32,000 nt of DNA from Dubosiella newyorkensis (GCF_001945605.1 NZ_MPKA01000087.1:54007-86006), one strand, 5' to 3'; counted from the stretch's first letter, positions 7,234 to 16,881 are shown. Made by a program: numbers and translations. The notes: generated by a model from the letters alone, not told the origin.

Positions 7234-8991
7234 ATGGAACTTGTCAACGTTTTAGAAGATGAGCATTTAAAAATGCTGAATCATTCGGCAGCTCACATGA
7301 TGGCCCAAGCGGTCAAGCGTCTATATCCCCAAGCTAAATTTTGGGTTGGGCCTGTCATTGCGGAAGGCTTTTATTACGATATGGATCTAGGTGATGTCAA
7401 TTTAAAAGATGAAGATCTCGCTAAGATCGAAAAAGAGATGAAAAAGATCGCGAAAGATGGGAAACGGATCATCCGCAAAGAGATCTCGAAAGAAGAAGCG
7501 ATCGAAATGTTCAAAGACGATCCTTACAAAGAAGATCTGATCAAAGATCTAGAGGACGGTACGATCACGATCTATTCGCAAGGCGAGTTTACGGATCTTT
7601 GCCGCGGCCCTCATGTCGATAGCGTCAAAGAATTGAAGAATTTCAAGCTGCTCAAGCATTCAGGTGCCTATTGGAAGGGAGACGCCAACAATAAGATGCT
7701 TCAGCGCGTCTATGGAATCGCTTTTGATACGAAAGAAGAATTGGAATCCCACCTGCAAGCTCTAGAAGAAGCGAAGAAACGCGATCATAAGAAATTAGGA
7801 CGCGAAATGGGATTGTTCACAGTCTCTGAATATGCGCCTGGGATGCCGATCTTCTTGCCAAATGGAATGATCCTTCGAAATCTGTTGGAAAACTACTGGT
7901 ACGATGTACACACTAAAGATGGCTATTTGTTCATCAAGACGCCGATCATCATGTCTCGAGAGCTTTGGGAGATTTCTGGACATTGGGATCATTATAAAGA
8001 AAACATGTATACGACAAAGGTCGATGAGCGTGATTTTGCGATCAAGCCGATGAACTGCCCAGGCGCTCTTCTTGTTTACAACACGGAACTTCGCTCTTAT
8101 AAAGATCTTCCGCTAAGGATCGCGGAATTAGGGCAAGTCCATCGCCATGAGGCTAGCGGCGCTTTAAATGGATTGTTCCGGGTCCGGACCTTTACGCAAG
8201 ACGATGCCCACTTATTCGTCCGTCCTGATCAGATCGAATCTGAAGTCAAAAACGTATTGTCTTTGATCGATAAAATGTACGGAGTATTTGGTCTAGAGTA
8301 TTCGATCGAACTCTCTACACGTCCTGAATCTGGCTATATCGGAACGGAAGAAATTTGGGATGCTTCCGAAAAAGCGCTCGCGAACGCTTGCGTGCATGCT
8401 GGAAAAGAGTATGTTGTCAATCCGGGTGATGGAGCGTTCTATGGGCCAAAGCTCGATATCCATATCAAAGATTCGCTTGGAAGAGATTGGCAATGCGGTA
8501 CGATCCAGCTTGATATGAATTTGCCAGAACGTTTCCATTGCACGTATGTGGATTCGGATGGTTCAAGAAAAACACCACTTATGCTTCATCGTGTCGTTTA
8601 TGGATCTATTGAACGATTCATCGGTATTTTGATCGAGCATTTTGGCGGTCATTTCCCATTATGGCTTGCCCCACAACAGATCGTCATCATTCCAGTGCAT
8701 CATGAAAAGCATGTCGATTACGCCAACCAAGTCAAAGACAATCTTGAAAAAGCAGGCTTGCGCGTGAAAGTCGATGATCGAAATGAAAAACTAGGCTATC
8801 GTGTCCGTGAAGCGCAAATCAAAAAGATCCCTTATCAAATCGTCGTTGGCGATCGTGATCAAGAAGAGGGAACAGTAACGATCCGTCAAAGCGGTAAAAA
8901 AGAAAGCGTGACGATGCCATTAGAAGAAGCGATCGAGCGCTTTAGAAACGAGGTAGAAACAAAATGTCTATTTGGAAAAGAAGCCGAATAA
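7234..8991 (+). CDS. thrS: Threonine--tRNA ligase (N-terminal TGS domain absent)
   Basis: 585 aa from ATG 7234 (SD aaggagga at 7219-7226). It begins just before the editing-domain HSAAH motif (MELVNVLEDEHLKMLNHSAAHMMAQA). Also present are MNCPGA, class II motif 2 HRHEASGALNGLFRVRTFTQDDAH, and a C-terminal anticodon-binding domain. Confidence 0.95.
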   Translation: MELVNVLEDEHLKMLNHSAAHMMAQAVKRLYPQAKFWVGPVIAEGFYYDMDLGDVNLKDEDLAKIEKEMKKIAKDGKRIIRKEISKEEAIEMFKDDPYKEDLIKDLEDGTITIYSQGEFTDLCRGPHVDSVKELKNFKLLKHSGAYWKGDANNKMLQRVYGIAFDTKEELESHLQALEEAKKRDHKKLGREMGLFTVSEYAPGMPIFLPNGMILRNLLENYWYDVHTKDGYLFIKTPIIMSRELWEISGHWDHYKENMYTTKVDERDFAIKPMNCPGALLVYNTELRSYKDLPLRIAELGQVHRHEASGALNGLFRVRTFTQDDAHLFVRPDQIESEVKNVLSLIDKMYGVFGLEYSIELSTRPESGYIGTEEIWDASEKALANACVHAGKEYVVNPGDGAFYGPKLDIHIKDSLGRDWQCGTIQLDMNLPERFHCTYVDSDGSRKTPLMLHRVVYGSIERFIGILIEHFGGHFPLWLAPQQIVIIPVHHEKHVDYANQVKDNLEKAGLRVKVDDRNEKLGYRVREAQIKKIPYQIVVGDRDQEEGTVTIRQSGKKESVTMPLEEAIERFRNEVETKCLFGKEAE

Positions 8992-9896
8992 AAACAGTAT
9001 GCTTCGCTCTTGCCTGCTTATTAGGAATGAGCGCTTGCGCATCCGCTCCTCAAAAAGAGGATTCTGAGCCCTATTCGATGCTTTGTCCTAACGGAGCGCC
9101 TGCTCTTGCGACCTTAGGAGCCGCGAATGTAGAGAATACCGTAATTTCTCGTGTGGAGGGAACAGATGCGCTCTTATCGGAACTGGCGAAAAAAGATGGT
9201 GAATACGATGTGATCGTAGCACCGATCAATTTGGGCGCTAAAGTGTACAGTCAAGCGGAAGCCTATCAGTTGGCAGCTGTTGTGACGTGGGGAAATCTTT
9301 ATGTTGTAGGCAGTCAAGATAAGGCTTGGGAAGATCCAAACAACAAGATGGCGCTATTTGGTGAAAACGCGGTGCCTGGTCTTGTGTATAATGATGTACT
9401 CGCCGATCAAGTCAAAGCCCAGACGACTTGGTATAATGCGGTTTCGGATGCTCAGCAAGCGCTTTTATCGAATCAAGCGGATCTCGCTCTTCTTGCGCAG
9501 CCAGCCGCTGCCGCGACGATTTCGAAAGCCAAAGAAAATGGAAAAGAGCTAAAGGTGATCGCCAATCTGCAGGAAATGTGGAAAGAAAAACGTGGAAACG
9601 ATACGACAGGGTATCCTCAAGCGGGCATTTTTATCAAGAAAGATGGCAAAAAGAATTTAGACGCTTTGCTTACTGGCATTGAAACTTTTGATGAAAACGC
9701 GAACGAGAAATCGATCGTCGAGGCCGTAGAAGCTGCAGGAGCCGAGAATCTTGGCTTGCCTAACGCCCAGATCGCCGCCAAAACATGGGATGCTCAAAAC
9801 ATTCGTTATGTGACTGGACCGAATGCCAAAGAGCAGATCGAACAATTCCTTTCTTTGTTTTCGATCGTGCTTCCTGAAACGTTGATCGCTGAATAA
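8964..9896 (+). CDS. Putative lipoprotein with solute-binding-protein-like sequence, ligand unknown, no cognate permease or ATPase in the window
   Basis: 310 aa. Signal peptide plus lipobox LLGMSAC (Cys25). The mature part has an alternating alpha/beta character and segments (YSMLCPNGAPALA, YDVIVAPINLGAKVY) reminiscent of type 2 periplasmic binding proteins. The start overlaps the thrS 3' end by 28 nt, with SD gaggt at about 8951. Confidence 0.6.
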   Translation: MSIWKRSRIKTVCFALACLLGMSACASAPQKEDSEPYSMLCPNGAPALATLGAANVENTVISRVEGTDALLSELAKKDGEYDVIVAPINLGAKVYSQAEAYQLAAVVTWGNLYVVGSQDKAWEDPNNKMALFGENAVPGLVYNDVLADQVKAQTTWYNAVSDAQQALLSNQADLALLAQPAAAATISKAKENGKELKVIANLQEMWKEKRGNDTTGYPQAGIFIKKDGKKNLDALLTGIETFDENANEKSIVEAVEAAGAENLGLPNAQIAAKTWDAQNIRYVTGPNAKEQIEQFLSLFSIVLPETLIAE

Positions 9897-9901
9897 GAAT
9901 G

Positions 9902-9931
9902 AACACGATAGTTTGACTATCGTGTTTTTTT
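9902..9931 (+). terminator. Rho-independent terminator ending the thrS-lipoprotein transcription unit
   Basis: Perfect 10-bp stem aacacgatag / ctatcgtgtt with loop tttga, followed by a T-run to 9931. Confidence 0.85.
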
Positions 9932-9942
9932 AAGCGATTTAT

Positions 9943-9970
9943 TTGAAATACTTAGATAGCATGCTATAAT
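9943..9970 (+). promoter_or_regulatory. Extended -10 promoter of the 125-aa unknown gene
   Basis: TTGAAA (9943-9948), 16-nt spacer, TGcTATAAT (9962-9970). Confidence 0.6.
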
Positions 9971-9994
9971 AATCGATGTAGGAAGGTGGACCCA

Positions 9995-10372
9995 ATGGAA
10001 GAAAGAAAAATTCTAAGTTATACTCTTGGCAAAGAAGCAGGAGAAAAATCGATCATTCGAATTTATTCAGATGGTCAACAGATCCAATATTTTGGCTTTA
10101 CAAACGATGGAGAAGCATACGAGAAAACGTTCGCGATCCCTTTGGATGGACTCAAACGCTTTCGAAGGAGCCTACAGCCATGGCTTGTTCGAAATGGGGA
10201 AGTGGATCTGGAAAATCCGAATAACTATCATTGGACTTTAAAACTTGATTTGGATGGCGTTAGATCCACCACAATGGGGGAGATCGTTACCGAGGATGAT
10301 TTTCAAAAGCTCAAAGAGAATCTTCTTTTCCTTCTGGTCGAGCTGGAAAAAGAATACGTGGAGAGAAGCTGA
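9995..10372 (+). CDS. Hypothetical cytoplasmic protein (125 aa), no recognisable family
   Basis: ORF with ATG 9995 preceded by ggaaggtgg. It has its own promoter and terminator, no TM segment or signal peptide, and no motif I recognise. Confidence 0.55.
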   Translation: MEERKILSYTLGKEAGEKSIIRIYSDGQQIQYFGFTNDGEAYEKTFAIPLDGLKRFRRSLQPWLVRNGEVDLENPNNYHWTLKLDLDGVRSTTMGEIVTEDDFQKLKENLLFLLVELEKEYVERS

Positions 10373-10390
10373 ATATAGCTTCTTTTTTTG
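10364..10390 (+). terminator. Rho-independent terminator of the 125-aa gene
   Basis: 7-bp stem agaagct / agcttct. The loop gaatat contains the TGA stop. Followed by T7. Confidence 0.8.
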
Positions 10391-10395
10391 TTCGC

Positions 10396-10427
10396 AAAAA
10401 AAAACGTGGCTGATGATCAGACACGTT
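10396..10427 (-). terminator. Rho-independent terminator of ilvA (minus strand)
   Basis: Minus strand reads aacgtgtctgatcatcagccacgtt (about 11-bp stem, one mismatch) followed by T9 (plus-strand A-run 10396-10404). The stem overlaps the ilvA stop codon. Confidence 0.65.
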
Positions 10428-11622
10428 CTTGCACGATCTTGAAACCTTTCGCTTCTAGGTCGTGTTTTATTTTTTCGATATGCTCATGGTTCCTCGTCTC
10501 AACAGTCACTTTTAAGAAGCAGGCATTGATATCCATGTCCGGGTCCCCATTATCATAATCGATCGTCACGACATTGCCTCCGTTTTCCGAGATCACCTTG
10601 GACACGCCAAGAAGTTGTCCTGGCTTATCTGTCAAAGCGATCGTAAAACTTGTTTTTCGGCCACTGAGCAATAGACCGCGCGTCATGACACGGTCGATGA
10701 TATTGACATCGATATTACCGCCAGAAAGGACGCAAACGACATTTTTATCTTGGATCGGCAACTTATTAAACATTGTAGCCGCCACCGCGACAGCACCCGC
10801 TCCTTCTACGACGAGTTTTTGTTTTTCCATCAAGGTCAAGATCGCGGCCGCGATCTCATCTTCAGAAACGGTAAATATATCATCCACATATTGTTTGACG
10901 AGCGCAAATGTATGATCGCCAGGATGCTTGACCGCGATCCCATCCGCAAACGTGTTCACAGAATCGATCGTCAACTGTTCATCTTGAGCGATGGATTCAT
11001 ACATGCTTGCCGCTTTGGTCGCTTGAACGCCATACACTTTGATATCCGGATTCAAGCTTTTGATCGTGAATGCGATTCCTGAAATCAAACCGCCGCCTCC
11101 GATCGGAACGACGATCGCGTCGATATCGTCGAGCTGATCCAAGATCTCGAGGGCGATTGTTCCTTGACCGGCGATCACATCTTCATCATCGTAAGGATGA
11201 ATAAATGTGTATCCATTTTCTTTGCATAAAGCGTCGGCTTTATCGTAAGAATCATCATAAGCGCCTTCAACGAGAACGACATTGGCTCCATAACCTTTGG
11301 TCGCTTCGACTTTAGAGATCGGGGCGCTATCTGGCATACAGATCGTACACGGTATATCGGCCCTCTGCGCCGATAAGGCGACCCCTTGCGCGTGGTTTCC
11401 TGCCGAGCTCGCGATGATTCCATGCTCTTTTTCTTCTTCAGAGAGCTTGCTGATCTTATAATAAGAGCCGCGGATCTTAAAACTTCCTGTGAGCTGCAGA
11501 TTCTCTGTTTTTAAGTAAATGCGGTTGTCGCATGGGATATTTTTCGCCTCGATCAAATCTGTTTTTCGAACTACATTTTTTAAAACGGAATTGGCGTTGT
11601 ATACTTTATCGATCGTTAACAT
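10417..11622 (-). CDS. ilvA: Threonine ammonia-lyase (threonine dehydratase) with a single C-terminal ACT-like domain
   Basis: 401 aa with PLP lysine motif SFKIRG, glycine loop GGGGLISG, and a C-terminal regulatory domain. Confidence 0.93.
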   Translation of the reverse strand: MLTIDKVYNANSVLKNVVRKTDLIEAKNIPCDNRIYLKTENLQLTGSFKIRGSYYKISKLSEEEKEHGIIASSAGNHAQGVALSAQRADIPCTICMPDSAPISKVEATKGYGANVVLVEGAYDDSYDKADALCKENGYTFIHPYDDEDVIAGQGTIALEILDQLDDIDAIVVPIGGGGLISGIAFTIKSLNPDIKVYGVQATKAASMYESIAQDEQLTIDSVNTFADGIAVKHPGDHTFALVKQYVDDIFTVSEDEIAAAILTLMEKQKLVVEGAGAVAVAATMFNKLPIQDKNVVCVLSGGNIDVNIIDRVMTRGLLLSGRKTSFTIALTDKPGQLLGVSKVISENGGNVVTIDYDNGDPDMDINACFLKVTVETRNHEHIEKIKHDLEAKGFKIVQERV

Positions 11623-11689
11623 TTCAAAACCTCTTTCCTAATCGCAAATCAGTGGTAAAATTATAGCACAAAAAGAAAGAAGGCTGAAA

Positions 11690-12877
11690 ATGAATTTGAA
11701 AAATTTTGAAAATAAACTTCATACCTTGGCGGTGTTTCATAGCTTTTATCAATCTCCTCTCTGGGTCAAGCTCTCGGCTTATTTTCAGAGTGAAACAGAA
11801 GAGGAATTGCTGCAAAGCTATACCGATCTTTGCGCTTATATTTATTCGCAAGGCGGTGATCTTTCAAAGATCGTGGAGCGTTTCGTGCTGGATGATGAAA
11901 ACTATTATCAGCTTCTGCTCCACAAAGAGTCAGGTAAAGAAGGTTTAATCGAGCGCTCGATGATCCGCGAGCTTGAAATCTTGCAACAGCTTCATGACTT
12001 GAAAGGAGAAATGTTGTTTAAAGACCTCTCCTATCCTTATGAACTTCCTTCTTGGAGCAATCATGTAGCGGATCTTAAGCAGATGTATCAACAAAGACTT
12101 GAAAACTTGAATCGAGAAGGCTATGGGATCTTCGCTCGCTATCATATGTTTCAAGTGGATGAGAATGGGCTTGTTCCGATTCAATATCCGGATCCTCAAT
12201 CGCTTGCGTCCATGACTGGATATGAGATCCAGCGCAACGCTCTGATTCAAAACACATTGGCTTTTTTAAAAGGGATGAAGGCGAATAACGCATTGTTGTA
12301 TGGGGATGCGGGAACTGGGAAGAGCTCGACGATCAAGGCGATCGTCAACGCATATAAAGACGAAGGGCTTCGGTTGATCGAGGTACGCAAATCGCAAATT
12401 CAATGGCTTCCTTCTTTGATCGAGTCGCTGGCTGAAAATCCATTGAAATTCATTATCTTTATCGATGATCTGAGCTTTCAGACAGGGGATCCGGATTTTA
12501 TTTTGATGAAGACGATTTTAGAAGGGGGAAGTGTCGCTTCGCTTTCAAATACGATTATTTACGCGACAAGCAATCGTCGCCATTTAATGAAAGAGAGTTT
12601 TGATGATCGTGCAGGAAGCGATATCCATCACAATGACACGATCCAAGAGTGCGCTTCTTTAGCTTCTCGTTTTGGGTTGACGATCACTTTTTCCAAACCG
12701 GCCAAGGATCTTTATTTTGAGATTGTGAAAGGGTATGCCAAAGAATATGATCTTCAGCTCTCGGATTCTGAATTGATGATCAAGGCGGAAGCTTTCGCCT
12801 TAAGAAACAATGGCCGATCTCCTCGGACCGCTAGACAATTTGTAGAACATCAAAAGATCGTAGAATCCATGGAATGA
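11690..12877 (+). CDS. AAA-type ATP-binding protein of the uncharacterised DUF815-like family
   Basis: 395 aa with Walker A YGDAGTGKSSTIKA, Walker B FIIFIDDLSF and sensor-like ATSNRRHL, preceded by an approximately 190-aa N-terminal region without motifs I recognise. Confidence 0.75.
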   Translation: MNLKNFENKLHTLAVFHSFYQSPLWVKLSAYFQSETEEELLQSYTDLCAYIYSQGGDLSKIVERFVLDDENYYQLLLHKESGKEGLIERSMIRELEILQQLHDLKGEMLFKDLSYPYELPSWSNHVADLKQMYQQRLENLNREGYGIFARYHMFQVDENGLVPIQYPDPQSLASMTGYEIQRNALIQNTLAFLKGMKANNALLYGDAGTGKSSTIKAIVNAYKDEGLRLIEVRKSQIQWLPSLIESLAENPLKFIIFIDDLSFQTGDPDFILMKTILEGGSVASLSNTIIYATSNRRHLMKESFDDRAGSDIHHNDTIQECASLASRFGLTITFSKPAKDLYFEIVKGYAKEYDLQLSDSELMIKAEAFALRNNGRSPRTARQFVEHQKIVESME

Positions 12878-12892
12878 TCTCGCAAAATAAAA

Positions 12893-12920
12893 CAGCTCTC
12901 CTATTCGCTTAGAAGAGCTG
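12893..12920. terminator. Bidirectional terminator between the convergent ATPase gene and ilvD
   Basis: 7-bp stem cagctct / agagctg with T-rich tracts on both sides. Confidence 0.6.
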
Positions 12921-12925
12921 CTTTC

Positions 12926-14596
12926 TTATTTTAAGATCGCGCCTTTGTCGGCTCCCTGCACCATTCTTTGGTAACGGGAAAGCCAGCCGGATTTAAACTT
13001 TGATTCAAATGGTTTTTGTTTCTTTCTTCTTTCTTCGAATGTTTTTTCATCCACGGCAGCATGGATCGAATAATTTGGAATATCGATCGTGATCATATCT
13101 CCTTCTTCAAGAAGACCGATCTCGCCTCCTGCCGCGGCTTCTGGAGCGACATGACCGATCGAAGCGCCTCTACTTGCGCCTGAAAACCGCCCATCCGTGA
13201 TCAATGCGACGGTTTTATCAAGCTTCATACCCGCTAGTGCGCTCGTCGGGTTGAGCATTTCGCGCATGCCTGGGCCACCTTTAGGGCCTTCATAGCGGAT
13301 GACCACGACATCTCCATCATGGATCCCGCCAGCATAGATCGTCTGGATCGCCTCCTCTTCGCTATCAAAGACTCGAGCAGGGCCAGTGTGTTTCATCATG
13401 CTTGGATCGACAGCGCTTCGTTTTACGACGCACCCGTTTTTTGCGATATTGCCAAATAAGATCGCGATCCCTCCTGTTTCCGAATATGGAAGATCGATCG
13501 GACGGATCGTATCGGGACGCTTATTGAACGCGTGTTCGATATTCTCCTGGACGCTTTTTCCGTTGACCGTCATCAAAGAGGTATCGATCAACCCTTTTTT
13601 ATTGAGCTCATGGTAAACGGCTTGCAAGCCTCCTGCTCGGTCTAGATCGTGCATATGGGTTTTTCCTGCGGGCGCCAAATGGCAGAGATTGGGCACTCTT
13701 TCTGAGAACTCATTGAATGTATTCAAAGAAAGTGGGTGACCCGCTTCATTGGAAATCGCCAACAAATGAAGGACGGAGTTGCTTGAGCAGCCTAAAGCCA
13801 TATCGCAAGTCAGAGCGTTTTTGATCGATTTTTCATTCACGATATCTTTGATCGTGATATTTTTTTCTACTAGATCCATGATAGCCATACCGGCTTTTTT
13901 TGCCAACTGAAGACGTCTAGCGTGAACGGCCGGGATCGTTCCGTTACCTGGTAAAGCGATTCCTAGCGCTTCGCAAAGACAATTCATCGAGTTCGCTGTA
14001 TACATGCCAGAACAGCTTCCGCAACCCGGACAGGTGTTTTCTTCAAATTCTAAAAGCTTTTCGTCATCGATCAAGTTGGCTTTTCGAGCACCTACTGCTT
14101 CAAACATTTTAGATAGGGAAGTTTCTTCTTCATCGACCAACCCGGACATCATAGGACCTCCGCTTACGACAATTGTAGGAAGGTTTAAACGAAGCGCGCC
14201 CATCAACATGCCTGGGACGATCTTATCGCAGTTTGGCACGAGGACAAGACCATCAAAAGCGTGGGCTTGGGCCATTGTTTCTACAGAATCGGCAATGAGT
14301 TCCCGGCTTGGTAGCGAATATTTCATTCCTACATGGCCCATCGCGATCCCATCGCATACGCCGATCGCTGGCACCATGATCGGCGTTCCTCCAGCCATTC
14401 TGACACCCGCCTTTACCGCATCGACGATCTTGTCGAGGTGAAAATGGCCAGGAACGATGTCGCTGTGGGCGGAAACGATTCCGATCAAAGGTCGGTCCAG
14501 TTCTTCTTTTGTATAACCCATCGCGTAAAACAAGGAACGCATAGGGGCTTTTTCAACGCCTTCGGTTACGGCGCTGCTTTTTAGTTTTTTATTCAT
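12926..14596 (-). CDS. ilvD: Dihydroxy-acid dehydratase
   Basis: 556 aa with IlvD/Edd signatures ([33 protein letters not shown]). Confidence 0.97.
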   Translation of the reverse strand: MNKKLKSSAVTEGVEKAPMRSLFYAMGYTKEELDRPLIGIVSAHSDIVPGHFHLDKIVDAVKAGVRMAGGTPIMVPAIGVCDGIAMGHVGMKYSLPSRELIADSVETMAQAHAFDGLVLVPNCDKIVPGMLMGALRLNLPTIVVSGGPMMSGLVDEEETSLSKMFEAVGARKANLIDDEKLLEFEENTCPGCGSCSGMYTANSMNCLCEALGIALPGNGTIPAVHARRLQLAKKAGMAIMDLVEKNITIKDIVNEKSIKNALTCDMALGCSSNSVLHLLAISNEAGHPLSLNTFNEFSERVPNLCHLAPAGKTHMHDLDRAGGLQAVYHELNKKGLIDTSLMTVNGKSVQENIEHAFNKRPDTIRPIDLPYSETGGIAILFGNIAKNGCVVKRSAVDPSMMKHTGPARVFDSEEEAIQTIYAGGIHDGDVVVIRYEGPKGGPGMREMLNPTSALAGMKLDKTVALITDGRFSGASRGASIGHVAPEAAAGGEIGLLEEGDMITIDIPNYSIHAAVDEKTFEERRKKQKPFESKFKSGWLSRYQRMVQGADKGAILK

Positions 14597-14613
14597 ATCT
14601 CTTCCTCTTCTTC

Positions 14614-15117
14614 CTAATCGCTGTCTTCATCGATCGATGAAGAATCTCTTGAAATTCCAGTGACCCCAGTACGGCACACTTCGAGGACATCATAGCAGTT
14701 GATCATATCCAAAAAGCCGTCGATCTTTTCTGAGGCTCCAGTCAATTCGACGATCATATTGTGTTTCGAGAGGGAAATGATCTTTCCGCGAAAGATATCC
14801 ACAATTTCTTTGACTGCACTGCGGTTCGATTTATCGCATGCGATCTTGACCAAAAGCAATTCCCGAAATAAAGAGGTGTCTTTGTCCAATGTGAAAATAT
14901 CTTTAACGACTTCCAATTTTCTAGTTTGAGTCAATATTTGATGGAGCGATTGCTTTCCGCCATTGAATACGACCGTGATCCTAGAGATCCGTGGATCATT
15001 TGTTGTCGATACGGTCAAGGACTCGATGTTGAAGCCTCTACGTCCAAACAAAGAGGCTACGCGAGTCAAGACGTTCGAGCTGTTATCTACAAAAATACTG
15101 ATGACTTCTTTACTCAT
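14614..15117 (-). CDS. ilvN: Acetolactate synthase small (regulatory) subunit
   Basis: 167 aa with an N-terminal ACT domain ([31 protein letters not shown]). Immediately downstream of ilvB. Confidence 0.92.
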   Translation of the reverse strand: MSKEVISIFVDNSSNVLTRVASLFGRRGFNIESLTVSTTNDPRISRITVVFNGGKQSLHQILTQTRKLEVVKDIFTLDKDTSLFRELLLVKIACDKSNRSAVKEIVDIFRGKIISLSKHNMIVELTGASEKIDGFLDMINCYDVLEVCRTGVTGISRDSSSIDEDSD

Positions 15118-15129
15118 ATTGGTCCTTTC

Positions 15130-16794
15130 TTATTTGATGATCATATCGTCGATCGTTCCTCCATTTGGAATCATCGGCAATACGCGTTCTTCTTTGGCGA
15201 TGTTGCATGCGATCCAGACAGGCCCTTTTTCCTTGAGCGCCTGCTGGAAGGCGTCTTTGAATTCTTCTAGCGTATTAACTTCAAAGCCTTTCGCTCCAAA
15301 TCCTTTGGCAAGCTGGACATAATCGGTCTTTCTGCCAGGGATCGTCTGGGAGTAGTGCTTGTTGTAGAAGACGGTCTGCCATTGATAGACCATACCGAGC
15401 ACTTTATTATCGAAAATGATCGTGATGATCGGAAGCTCGTTGCTCACAGCGGTACACGCTTCATTCAAGTTCATATGGAAGCTTCCATCCCCTGTAAAAT
15501 GGATCACGCGCTTTTCTGGATTGCCTGCTTGGGCGCCGATCGCTGCCCCATAGCCATAGCCCATCGTGCCAAGGCCGCCGCTCGTTAGAAAATTCTCCGC
15601 TTTTTCGTGTTTTAAATATTGAGCGGCCCACATTTGGTGCTGTCCAACATCTGTCACGTAAATCGTTTCTTTGTCTGTAAGATCGCACGTGGCCTCGATG
15701 ATGTCTCTAGGACGGATCGTCGCCTCTTGAACGGGAACATCGATGAATTTTTTGTATTGCTTAAGATGCTCGATCCAATCGCTGTGATCTTGCTGGTCGA
15801 GTTTTTCAAGGATCGCTTTCAGGAAATCTTTGATATCGGCGACAACATCAAAGTTGATCACGACATTTTTATTGATTTCCGATTCATCGATATCGACATG
15901 AACGATTGCCGCCCGTTTGGCGAACTGGTTCGGATTGAGCGCGACACGATCCGAAAAGCGTGTTCCTAGGGCGAAAACGAGGTCTGCTTGATCGATCGCT
16001 TGATTGGCCAGCATGCTTCCATGCATGCCGATCAAACCAAGATTTTTTGGATCTTCAAAATTCAGCACGCCAGCTCCCATGAGGGTATACGTAGCTGGGG
16101 CGTCTAATCGTTTTAGAAACTCGTTCAGTTCTTCTTTCGCTTGTGAGGATGCGACTCCTCCGCCAAAGTAGACGACTGGCTTTTTCGAGAGCTTGATCGC
16201 TTCTAAGATCGCATCGATCTTGGTTGGATCGATGCTTGGGTTTGGTTTGAGCGCGACCGGTTCTTGTTTCGTATATTCGTATGTGTTGTTCAAGGCTGTC
16301 ACATCTTTTGTGATATCGATCAGAACGGGTCCTTTTCTTCCTTCGTTGGCGATCCGGAACGCTTGACGGATCGCATCGGCTAAATTTTCGATCTTGTTTA
16401 CGAAGAAGTTATGTTTAGTGATCGGCAAGGTCACTCCGGTGATGCTCACTTCTTGAAAGGCGTCTCGACCGATCGCATCATCGGTCACATTGCATGTGAT
16501 CGCGACCATCGGCACGCTGTCTAAAAAGGCTGTCGCTAAGCCGGTCACAAGGTTTGTGGCTCCTGGACCGCTTGTTGCGAATACGACACCTGTTTTTCCT
16601 GTCGAACGAGAATATCCATCGGCTGCATGGCTCGCTCCTTGTTCATGAGCGGTCAAAATGTGATGGATCTGATCAGAATAATCGTATAGGGAATCATAGA
16701 CGTTCAAAGCGGCTCCGCCAGGATAACCGAATACGGTATCGACGCCTTGCTCTTTGAGGACTTCCATGATGATTTGAGAACCATTTAATTTCAT
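15130..16794 (-). CDS. ilvB: Acetolactate synthase large (catalytic) subunit, biosynthetic type
   Basis: 554 aa with GVDTVFGYPGGA at the N-terminus and the ThDP motif GDGSFHMN...IIFDNKVLG. Confidence 0.95.
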   Translation of the reverse strand: MKLNGSQIIMEVLKEQGVDTVFGYPGGAALNVYDSLYDYSDQIHHILTAHEQGASHAADGYSRSTGKTGVVFATSGPGATNLVTGLATAFLDSVPMVAITCNVTDDAIGRDAFQEVSITGVTLPITKHNFFVNKIENLADAIRQAFRIANEGRKGPVLIDITKDVTALNNTYEYTKQEPVALKPNPSIDPTKIDAILEAIKLSKKPVVYFGGGVASSQAKEELNEFLKRLDAPATYTLMGAGVLNFEDPKNLGLIGMHGSMLANQAIDQADLVFALGTRFSDRVALNPNQFAKRAAIVHVDIDESEINKNVVINFDVVADIKDFLKAILEKLDQQDHSDWIEHLKQYKKFIDVPVQEATIRPRDIIEATCDLTDKETIYVTDVGQHQMWAAQYLKHEKAENFLTSGGLGTMGYGYGAAIGAQAGNPEKRVIHFTGDGSFHMNLNEACTAVSNELPIITIIFDNKVLGMVYQWQTVFYNKHYSQTIPGRKTDYVQLAKGFGAKGFEVNTLEEFKDAFQQALKEKGPVWIACNIAKEERVLPMIPNGGTIDDMIIK

Positions 16795-16852
16795 ACTTCA
16801 CTTCGAGTAGTGATCTACTCTTTTCTCCCTTCTATCAGCGTTTATAAAAAAA

Positions 16853-16881
16853 ATTATAACCTATTCTTGAAAATGAAACAA
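16853..16881 (-). promoter_or_regulatory. Putative promoter of ilvB-ilvN-ilvD
   Basis: On the minus strand, TTGTTT (plus 16876-16881), 17-nt spacer, TATAAT (plus 16853-16858). This leaves only about a 50-nt leader. Confidence 0.5.

Noticed and set aside
16795-16852. T-box or attenuator leader upstream of ilvB, including the small hairpin gagtag-atca-ctactc between a GGGAG tract and the start codon
   Set aside because: The leader is only about 50 nt from the best promoter, with no T-box sequence, terminator or leader peptide. An in-frame TGA two codons upstream fixes the start at 16794. The 6-bp hairpin alone is not evidence for regulation.
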